This document shows positions 35,083 to 44,860 of a DNA stretch of 50,399 bases, piece by piece. The stretch lies in the NCBI GenBank assembly GCA_020536535.1, contig JAHLWZ010000388.1, positions 1-50,399 on the forward strand. Reading direction: 5' to 3'. How positions within the stretch are numbered: position 1 is the stretch's first letter; each line of letters opens with the position of its first letter. The stretch comes from Pelomyxa schiedti (taxonomy: Eukaryota > Protista > Evosea). The notes under the pieces were generated by a model, which saw only the letters and a list, made by a program, of their open reading frames with translations, was not told the DNA's origin and made no database searches. A program made the position numbers and the translations under genes.

Positions 35083-36327
35083 TTATTCGATTTGATCAAA
35101 GGGTTTTTGGCTACTGAAATTTCCACGATCACACAATACTGGGCCATAACAATAGACAGAGGAGACACCAGGGGCTTCAATACTAAGAACGAGCTGACCA
35201 GTGTATACCTCATAAACGCAGACTTGGGCACCCCTTGTGCAAAAAAAAAAGCCAGCCTCCACTGAACATTGCCATGAGGGTGATGGCGAAGGTGGTGAAA
35301 GGGTGGGAGCCGCGTGCAGGTGCATCACTTTGATGATCCTTGTTGTGGGTTGGCTGCACTCCCATATTTCATACTCTGGGTCAAAGTAGTAGTAACTACA
35401 GCAGAACATCCACTCGTTCAGCTGTGCCACGTCATCATACTCTTCTTCTGTTGCCAGTTCCTTTGTTGTGCCTGTGGCTGCATCCATCTCCACATACTTC
35501 GACACGTACCTTACCTTCTCTTCCCTTCTCACAATGACCACCCGGGAGCCTGTCACCCTCCTTCTGAGTGTCAGTGTTGGTTCTGGTGCAATGTTTCCTC
35601 GCGCCTCAAACACATACTTCGAAGTGCTGACAACACTGAGGCACTTGGTACGATAAGAGGCTTTCACATCAATCACAGTGCAAACAGCGCACGTGTCATT
35701 GGCCCACACAATAAGCAACTCATTTGGAGCCACCTTATCAAAAGTGAGGCTTCTCACAAACATCCCACGCCGTGGCTCAGGTGCCACAGTCCTAAAGCCA
35801 ACAACAGCAACGCCATTGTCACCCTCCTGATGCGCACCATCACCACCAACCACCACCACAGGCTCAAACCTGAATTCCACAAGATATTCACCACCCTCCT
35901 CCACAACAGCACTCGCAATGAACCAGCAGGAATTCAGCACGGAATTCAGCACGCTCACAGTGTATGGCTTTCTCACGTGTGTGAGTGGTGGTGGCTGGTA
36001 CTCACTGACACGACTCCTGGTCCTTGTTATTCCACACAGCGGCGACACACCGAACGACACCCACAATGACCAGTTCCCTGCGTCCGCTGTCAAATTAACG
36101 GCGAGCGTTTCCTCAGTGAGCACGGCAGCCACGCAGTCCCACACAACCACAACCAACGACGCCCCGTGCTGCGACAGCAACCTCAGTGCCGACGACGACG
36201 ACGACGACGGTGAGTGAGAAGAACGCGTCGTTGTTGATGTCGATGATGTGGTGGTGGCGGCGGCTCCGATTCCAAGGAGGAGTGTCATGAGCTGGGACCA
36301 CACTTTGGGCCACAACCAGGACACCAT
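35083..36327 (-). CDS. Orphan-family protein, paralog of 33826-34932
   Basis: ORF 35083..36534, likely starting at MVSWLWPKVWSQL (36327). Same shared motifs as above. Confidence 0.7.
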   Translation of the reverse strand: MVSWLWPKVWSQLMTLLLGIGAAATTTSSTSTTTRSSHSPSSSSSSALRLLSQHGASLVVVVWDCVAAVLTEETLAVNLTADAGNWSLWVSFGVSPLCGITRTRSRVSEYQPPPLTHVRKPYTVSVLNSVLNSCWFIASAVVEEGGEYLVEFRFEPVVVVGGDGAHQEGDNGVAVVGFRTVAPEPRRGMFVRSLTFDKVAPNELLIVWANDTCAVCTVIDVKASYRTKCLSVVSTSKYVFEARGNIAPEPTLTLRRRVTGSRVVIVRREEKVRYVSKYVEMDAATGTTKELATEEEYDDVAQLNEWMFCCSYYYFDPEYEIWECSQPTTRIIKVMHLHAAPTLSPPSPSPSWQCSVEAGFFFCTRGAQVCVYEVYTGQLVLSIEAPGVSSVYCYGPVLCDRGNFSSQKPFDQIE

Positions 36328-36674
36328 TCCCGCCCGCGTCGGTTGTGGTGCGACGCCGCCGATTATGGGTTGTCGAGGCTGAGCGTGTCGTCGGGGTACT
36401 GGTGGACTTGTTGTTGACGGTAGTAGAGGTGAGGCAAACCACGGGGGCGCGAAGGGGTATGATGATAGTGTGACGGCGATGGGAGAACCCCGGGGGCCCA
36501 CACGATGCAACATCGAAGAACCACCACCAATCATCTATGATGGAAAATTTCGGATTGGTCTGACAATCTGTAACCAACCACGTTCCGTGCCGATGAGAAG
36601 AAGGGGAGTGAAAGAATGAAGAGGACAGTACTAGATTGTCATCTTCTTTTTGAGGGTAAACCAGAGATTCCTGG

Positions 36675-39171
36675 TCAGAACAGGGAAAAACGGGCACCAA
36701 CGCTCTTTGAGAGCCAAGGGGACTGGGTACCCTTTGACTGTGTTTGCACCATCAGAATGGTGTCGTCAATGATGTCCCCAAATGGTGTTCCTGGACGTGC
36801 CTTCTCTGCAACTGTGTGTTTGGTGAGTGAAGAGAAGGAAGATGGGTGGACACACACCTTCAAGGAAACAGCCAGTGAAGAAACTTCTTGATTCAATGAC
36901 GTGGATGAGTTCCGGGTGTGCAGTGCAGGTTCTCTCTGTGTGGCTAATTCACCACTCACACCCAGACCCGTGGATTTGGTCCTGGGACATCATCCTCATC
37001 AATGACGAAAGAAGATTTTCCAGCAGGCTGCATGGTGATTTACCCAACAAGCCCAGGTTTTTTTCTTGTCCAGTGACGTTTTTTTTTTCATGAGCACACA
37101 GGTGGTGAGGTCAGACTGCTTCTTGATTTCTTCCAGCACAACTCCAAGCATGGGTGCCTTGTACTTCATTACATTAAAGCCAGGTTCGGTGAAAGCGACG
37201 TCATCTGATGTCATCAGGAGGAAGTTGTGCCCTTTGATTTGCCTGCCATGTCCTGCAAAGTAAAAGATGCTTGCAACCTTTTTTGAGTGTCATTGTTGGG
37301 TTGATGTGAATGTGACACCACCACTGACCTTGTTTCTTGCTTTCTTTTGTTCCTTTAAAGTTGCTTTGAACTTTTCCAGGTTACTGGTAAACTCTTCAAT
37401 GTTTGGAATGTTCAAATGGCACGCAACTTCAAAGTTGCATTTGGTCCTCAAGAACTTTTTGAAAGGTAATTTTAAGGGGTTTAATTGTAATAACTGAGAA
37501 AGAAAGATTGTGAAGTCAACAAACCGCGGAAACACATTCTGCATCAGTGATTGTGTTCTTCAGGGAAAACTGCCCACCATATGATTCATTTCCCACAACA
37601 AATGCAAAGCATTTGTAATTCAGCTCAGGACTGAAAAGAGGTGGCAAGCCTGCATTTGTTTTGGATTCAGTGTGGAGGAAAACAGGAAAATGCAATCACC
37701 TGTATTGGTGTCCCTCAATTGCCTTTGCAATTGTGCAACTTGTGACTCCAAGTCTTTGATCTGCATGGAACGACTGAGATTGTTTGTGTTAGTGGTTGGT
37801 TGTTTTGTTTATGTTTATCTTTATATTTATTTGTTTGAGTTGTTTTAACTGAGATGAAACAGAGATTCGGCGCTGCTGCAGTGGCTGCTGGGTTGCCAAG
37901 TGTGATCGAACCTCTTCTGCAATGATTTCCGCATCTCCCACAACGATTCCAAGGCTGCAAAGCTGCTGAACAGTGTAACTGGCCAGTGTTCTTCCCCGGA
38001 GTTTTGCTGATCTGATGACGTTGAGGCAGTCATTGTCCAGCCCATGAGAACCAAGCCACACACACACCTGATCCACGTTGGCTGTTGAAAGGCAAAACAC
38101 TGGTTGTTGTGGTGCTGATGCTTTCCCCTGTGAATTTGCTGTAGATTGGTGGTCATTTGGCGGTGGTTTGGGTGGCAAATTGGTTGGCTTTGGAGTTTCA
38201 ATTTTGGTGGGTGAACGTGTCTGCAAAGAAGAATCTGCACTTAATGGTGGTGTGCCGTTGTCATTTTTGAAAGCCATGGCAATGGTAATGTAGAACGCCT
38301 CAATGATGTCAAGGAACTCATCTCGCACATCTTCGTACTTGTATGTACTGTCTCTCAAATACAATTCCCCATTGTCCAGTGCTGGCAGCCACCCCAGCCC
38401 CAACTCCTCAAAGTTCACCGAGTGGCGCACGATCGGGGCACCTCTGGCCCCAAGCATCTCACTGATCAGGGGCAGGTCGCGATCAGACACCTTTCTGCGT
38501 GTGGGTGTGATGTAGTAGTACACTGGTACATCTCTGGCAAGCAACAAGGCCTCGTCGAGAGTTTGAACGCAGAATGCTACGAACCAAGCAGCAACCCCTT
38601 CACTGGACCTTCCACCAAGGGCGCTCAGCCAACTGAGGCAGCCATCCGGTCTGGCCAGCAATTCAGCTATCTCACAGAACACCTTGAGGGTAACCACTTC
38701 CGTCTCAGCACCAGCCCGTGCATCGACCCCCAAAACGGCGGGAATGGCGGCATTAAATATGGGGGGTGTGTCATCCTCGGACCTGACCTCGGGATGTGTG
38801 ACACCTGGCATCACTAAAATAATGAGCCGTGGTGCCAAGGGTTGACCTGATATTAGATTGTGCCATTCTTCATCTAAACAGTAGCCGTCGTCGGAGGTGG
38901 CAAGGAAGACGAACAAGTCGATTCTGGGCAGTGGGACGATTGGCGACGATGGTGGGCACGGGGAAGGAGAGGAAGGAGGGGACCAAGGCGGCGAGAGGAC
39001 TACGTGCCTGTGGACAGAGGCAAAGCCGCAGGCGCGGAGGAGGATCTCCACCAGGAGGGAGTATGGCGCAATGCGGGGTTGAAACAAAATGCAACAGCTT
39101 TTGGATTGGGCGATGTTTGTTTCCTGGATGTTTGTTCCCTGCGGGGTCACCGTTCCTTGGTTGTTGCCCAT
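36675..39171 (-). CDS. MG-start protein with TIR-like and unknown N-terminal domains, SAM, coiled coil and a caspase-like (peptidase C14, paracaspase-type) domain; disrupted around the catalytic Cys
   Basis: ORF 37789..39171 has MGNNQG and a SAM (VDQVCVWLGSHGL...LRGRTLASYTVQQLCSLGIVVGDAEII). Four in-phase GT-AG introns give KDLESQVAQLQRQL, then CFAFVVGNESY..LKNTITDAECVSA|FLRTKCNFEV...|VASIFYFAGHGRQIKGHNFLL. The C-terminus QTQSKGTQSPWLSKSVGARFSLF* matches the C14 terminal QxPW..S motif. Confidence 0.78.
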
Positions 39172-39645
39172 GTTTTTTGTTTAACTTTGTGATGGCCACC
39201 GAAAAAGGGATTCACCAAATCAACGAAAAGAAAAGAAAGCTGATTCATCCACTTTGGTTCCCGCTTTCTCGCTACAATCGTGTCCACTCCCCGTCAGGGA
39301 CACCGCGGATTATGGGTAGCCGAGGCTGATTGCCTTCTGTTTGATAATTCTTGGTGTTGGGTTTCCAAGTTGGAATCTGGGGTACAGGAAATCAAACAAG
39401 GAAAAACATGAACCATTTTCAAGCAGAAGTCACGGTGTGAAGACCAATTGGAGTACCCAAAAAGGCAGCAAGACCCAAAACTGGTACTCGTTCACCAAAC
39501 ACAGTGGTACACCAACACATGTGACTGCATCTTGAAACAGTAATACGATGTACATTCCTGCCGATGAGAAGAAGGGGAGTGAAAGAATGAAGAGGACAGT
39601 ACTAGATTGTCATCTTCTTTTTGAGGGTAAACCAGAGATTCCTGG

Positions 39646-40593
39646 TCAGAACAGGGAAAAACGGGCACCAACGCTCTTTGAGAGCCAAGGGGACTGGGTA
39701 CCCTTTGACTGTGTTTGCACCATCAGAATGGTGTCGTCAATGATGTCCCCATTGTCCAGTGCTGGCAGCCACCCCAGCCCCAACTCCTCAAAGTTCACTG
39801 AGTGGCGCACGATCGGGGCACCCCTGGCCCCAAGCATCTCGCTGATCAGGGGCAGGTTGCGATCAGACACCTTTCTGCGTGTGGGTGTGATGTAGTAGTA
39901 CACTGGTTCATCTGCAGTTGCACCATCTCTGGCCAGCAACAAGGCCTTGTTGAGAGTGTGAACGCAGAATGCCATGAACCAAGGGACCCCTTTGCAAGGC
40001 CCGGCCACAGGGCATGGGGAAGTAGTCACCAGGCACACTCAGCTGCCTGGGGCAGCCCTCTGGGCTTGGCAGCAGCAATTCAATTCAGCGCCAGCATCAA
40101 CCGCCGAAACGGCGGGCATAAAGGAAGATAATACAGCGTCGAACCTGAGCTCCATCACGGAAGCGCCTGGTGCTACGAAAATAAAGAGGTGGTGTCTCAT
40201 AGTCAACTCGCCCAAATCGTCCGCCCCTAAGGAGTCGTCGTCATTCACGGTGGTGACGCAGATGTGGAAGTCAAAGCTGTCCGCCGAGACCTTCAACGGC
40301 GACGATGGTGGGCATGGGGAAGGGGAGGGAGAGGCAGAGGCAGAGGGAGAGGGAGGAGGGGCACAAGGCAGGGGGAGGACTACGTGCCTGAAAACCGAGG
40401 TAACGCCGCAGGCGCGGAGGAGGAGCTCCACCAGGAGCGAGTACGGGGCAAGTTGGGGTCGGAAAGAGAGGCAGCAGCGGCTGTTGGGCCTGGTGTATGC
40501 CTGAGATGTGTACCGGGCCTCCCGGATCGTGGGTCCTTCGTTGTCGCCCATTTGCTTGGCCGCTCGGGTCGTGGATCCTTGGTTGTTGCCCAT
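39646..40593 (-). pseudogene. Internally deleted paralog of the SAM/caspase-like gene
   Basis: MGNNQG...LAPYSLLVELLLRACG, an in-frame TGA at 40039-40041, then YYYITPTRRKVSDRNLPL...LDNG fused directly to DIIDDTILMVQTQ...RFSLF*. 39559-39751 duplicates 36588-36780. Confidence 0.85.
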
Positions 40594-40776
40594 TTGGTTT
40601 TTTCTTTGAAAAACCTCGGAGGTACCTTTTTGATCAAAGCACCAAGAGATGTGGGATCAAAAATAACTGGGAGAAACAAAGATTTGATTACGACCAACAG
40701 AGGGCGCTATTCATCGTGTGGCCCCAATCGTCATGAACCCAAACAAAGTTTTTCTTCCAGGAAATCAAACAAAACA

Positions 40777-41708
40777 ATGGCAGCAGCGACACTCCCGCCG
40801 GTTTGGTGTCTGCGTTTGTCCCGATTCTTGTATCCAAGTCTCAATTCCACAGCAGTGTGCACCTTCTGAGGCAGAACGCGATGTCATTAAAACACTGACT
40901 GCCACTCATCCAATGAAAGCTGGGGAGATTTGGTTCCTCATCTCATTAAGATGGTTCACTTGCTGGAAAATTTACGTTTCATACTATTGCTCTCCCTCGA
41001 GCTCATCTGGTTGCGGTGCCGTATGTTCTTTGCCCCATATTACAAAAATGATTCATATAATTCATGTTCTTTGAAGGGGTTGTTTGAACACTCTAGTTAG
41101 GCCCCCAGACCAGGACCGATTTCGAACAGTGATCTCCTTGAGGAAGATGGTGAGCTCAAATATTCTGTGTCGGAGATGACACACTATGAGGTGGTCAGCG
41201 GTGTTGTGTGGAATACACTGAAGGGATGGTACTCTGGTGGGCCTGACATCCCTCGTCCTGTGATTTCCTTCCCTGCTCTGTACGGAAATGTTCGTCTCTC
41301 GGTGGAGCTGCAGCCACTGAGACTGCACATTGCCAAATCATCTGATACAACAGCTTCTGTGTTGGCATACTTCAGCAGAATTGACACTGTTGGTCATCTT
41401 AAGGTAGAGACCATTTTCAAGCAGAAGTACAATTATAATTCACTCACACCAGAAAACAATGTGTGAGAGAATGGGATTGGAGCCAGACAACATCCACGTG
41501 TGGGACTACCACAGCGGCATTTGGCTCAAGGAACTTCATGATCAACAAACTCTGCACTCTGAACAGATTCTTCACAACCAAACGGTTATTCTTGATAATA
41601 TGCTTCCAATAATGGACAAAAAGAAGTTTAATGGTTGACTAGGTTATGCTGGATGAAAAAAAAGATGATGGGTTTTGGCCAAGCCGCAGGAGATACTACT
41701 ACCCATAG
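40777..41708 (+). CDS. Stand-alone DUSP + Ubl domain protein, copy 2
   Basis: MAAATLPP|..WFLISLRWFTCWKIY|..PRPGPISNSDLL...WYSGGPDIPRPVI...FSRIDTVGHLK|KTMCERMGLEPDNIHVWDY...|VMLDEKKDDGFWPSRRRYYYP* (TAG at 41706-41708). Confidence 0.8.
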
Positions 41709-41920
41709 GTTTGTGGTTCAGGAGCTAAATAAATAATGCCCCACCCGAAAAATCGATAAATCGCTTTCTCAGGTCATAAGTGCCAGCTGCCGGTAGATCT
41801 GACAACAATTAAATCGCTGGTCCCAAGACTTTGAAAATGCCCGCACTAATGTGCTGGTTGTGCAGGGTACCGTGTACAAAAAAAAATTGTTCTTTTCCAC
41901 CATTAAACGAACAACAGGCC

Positions 41921-44760
41921 TTAACTTTGTTCACAGTTTTTTCTGTCGAAAATCCTGAGGAGCTGAGTCATTGTGGGACGGGCGTTGGGATCGCGAACCC
42001 AGCAATTCACCACGATGGTCATGGCCCAACTGGGTAGTTTGGGTGCCGGTGGTGATTTTGGAAGTTGTGGGAGTATCTTGCCGAGTGCCAGTTCTCCTGC
42101 AACGCGCATGTCGATCATTTGAGCCTGCCCATTGAAAAACCGGAAATATGTGAAATCAAGGTGGCTGAAGGGCGAATTTATGGGATCCATCAGCCTGAAA
42201 ACAGCCATTGCTTTATTTATTTTTGTGTTGGTTAGGGCTGTTGCTGCACAAAAAGGTATTTACCAAAGCTCCAAACATCAGCCTTTGTGTCAGACTTTTC
42301 ATGATTGAAATCTTCGGGCGAATATACTTCCAACTGTGCCCGGCCAAAGGCGTATCTCCGACTCTGTGCTGCTCCGGAATAAAGAACTTGAGACAACCCA
42401 AAATCAGCAATCTGGTATCAGCTAGTGAGCAATATCGAACAACAGTAAAAAGTGGAACCTTTGCCCAAGGGCCGGGGCTGGATTCATCCAAGGAGCAAAT
42501 AAAAATGGTTCCTGTGAAGCATTACTCTCTATAAAATTAAGGAAGGAATAATAGAACCTGTGTGGAGGTCACCGTGAACAATGGGAGGTTTCCGGGTGTG
42601 CAAAAATTCCAGGCCCCGAGCCACGTCTTTCAAGATCTTCTTCCTCATGCTCATTGGAAGGACTTGGTCCAAGAATCGGGTGCTGTTTTCCCCTTTTTCA
42701 AGACACACCCGCACCAAGTCGTTCAAGTCCGGTTTCTTGATTTTAGTGTCTCCAAGAAGTTTTATGACACTCGGTGGAATGATGGGACAAACAAGCTCCA
42801 TCACCAAGTAAAGGTTCGGGACAAGACAAGCACCATAGAACTTGACAATATTTGGATGTGCAGAAACTGCGTTCAGAAGTGTTGCCTCAAAGATGAACGC
42901 TGCAATGGCTTGGGGTGTGACCACCTCCTCCAATGGTTGTTTTACAGCCACGGGTTTGCCCTGATATGTTGCCCTCAGCACTTGCCCGAAACCACCTCTT
43001 CCCAATGGTTGCTGGGCGGATATCTCGAGTTCTGCAGGAGCAATCACAGGCAAGTGCTCGAGGAGGATATCTGGTGCAATTTCTGTCAGCTCCACTTCAA
43101 CACTTTCTGTCTTGTCAGCTTGGCAAAGCAGATACTTCGTTCCTGATTTTGCAGTTTCAAGGACTGTTCTTTCGGGGAAACATGTTGTGTTTGGTGGCAG
43201 GCACACAACACTATGTACAGGTTGTTGTGTTGGACCAAAACGCAGGAATTGAAGCAAGCAATGAGGGCAAGGAAAAGAGGTATCCAATCCATTTAATAAA
43301 TCATTGTAGGAATACTCCATGAATTGCTTGATCAAAGTCATCACGTGGAGTATCAAGCTCTTCCTTTTCCACAGTGGTGTTTCTTCTTTGGTGATATTCA
43401 GTGCTGACCCTTGGGGTGAATTCGCTGGCTCCTCAATTGTGGTTTGCATGCAAATGTTGATTGCATGTTTTTTGTCTTTTTCCGTTGAATGTTGCATGAC
43501 CTCGTGTGTCATAAGCAGTTTCTGCTCTATGACGGACGAAGAAGCTGAATCTTGGATACTGAGATTTTCAATGATAAGACCTTCATTCGATGCAAACAGA
43601 GAGACTGTTTCTGGAATTCCAAGCACCATCACCATCAACCTTGGGAAAAACCCAATTGGTAGAAAGTGGAACCTGAGAACTCTCCCGCTCATGACAACCT
43701 TGGTGCCTGTCCCAGTGGGTGCGGTCCAAAATGAGGCTGCTTTTGCACTTTCCTCAGAAGAGCAATGCGTGAGGTCCGGAAGAAGGGAGGGAGCTACTAG
43801 GCGCCCGTCGGACATGGTGAACAGGATTTCAAAAGTCTGCAATAGCTCAAGAAGGGTGGCATGCTGTTGAGGGGGAAATTCAGCAAAAAGCTGAGGGATA
43901 TTCCTCCGGAGCACAAAACCATTTGTGACCCAGCCAGTTGTTCGTATTCTGGTCACTGATGTCATCACCTTGGAGAGGAAAGCTGGTTTCAACACAATCA
44001 AGTCAGAAAGTGCCATCCCAGTTTTCCTCCTCAGGAAAGCTGAGTCTGACTTAGGCGAAGATTGCCCCATCAGAGTGCTGCACACTTTATTGTGGTGCCT
44101 GAAATGTATGATGCTCCCTGCGTCCAACAGGAAGTCAGAACACATGTCAATTTCTCCTTGATCACTACCATCGCTCTGTCCAACACCCTTTGACTTTGCA
44201 ATTGCAACATAGTCACTCCAAATAAGCGTATCGTCTGGCATGGCTGTCAGGTGCTTGTGCAATTGAACCCAGTTTGATGATACAGTAATCTGACGGGTAT
44301 TTGCGATTTCCTCCAATTTGTCTGAAACTCGCTCCACAGCACCCTTGACACATATTGTTTCTGTTTCATCCAGTGCAATACCATCACCAGTGGCCACACT
44401 CAATCCAAAAACACCATCAAACTGCTTGTTATGAGATTTCATTATTGCTCGCAAAGCAAGGCAGGCAGGGAAGGGCTCAGTTTTGTCAAGGTGTGTTCCA
44501 ACAAGAACAATATGAACCTTCTCTTGCCTGAATGACATATTTATCAGATCCACCCAATACTTGATTTTTGGTGGAAGTATCACGGAATCACCATTCCAGT
44601 CAACAAGTGATAAGTCGAAAAGTAACAAGAAGACAGATCTGCTGCACAAGAAGAACTGATGTGATGGGTAAAGCACATCTTGACCTCCTGCCAAATTTTG
44701 TGTCACTCCATAAATAAAAAAAAAGGGGGAAAATGAGAGTGGTGGGGCAAACACACCCAA
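41921..44760 (-). CDS. ROC-COR-kinase module D2 (3' module of Roco D, or the end of a separate gene hidden by the gap)
   Basis: Begins at the gap edge with the ROC WDLG|GQD intron. ORF 42529..44928 has GTHLD, GRGGFG, VAVK and HGDLHTG; DFG/SPE exon; TAA at 41921-41923. Confidence 0.82.
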
Positions 44761-44860
44761 NNNNNNNNNNNNNNNNNNNNNNNNNNNNNNNNNNNNNNNN
44801 NNNNNNNNNNNNNNNNNNNNNNNNNNNNNNNNNNNNNNNNNNNNNNNNNNNNNNNNNNNN
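44761..44860. other. Scaffold gap (100 N)
   Basis: Run of 100 N between two ROC-COR segments. Confidence 1.

Noticed and set aside
1003-40041. In-frame TAA or TGA inside otherwise homologous frames (transposase, caspase-like gene, its paralog), suggesting a variant genetic code
   Set aside because: TAA, TAG and TGA all serve as normal terminators in neighbouring intact genes, and 700-aa exons contain no in-frame stops. Decay is the simpler explanation.
41871-41890. tgcagggtaccgtgtaca downstream of Roco D resembles the MITE left flank (4731-4743) as a possible empty site
   Set aside because: The match is about 13 nt and the surrounding sequences do not align; insufficient evidence.
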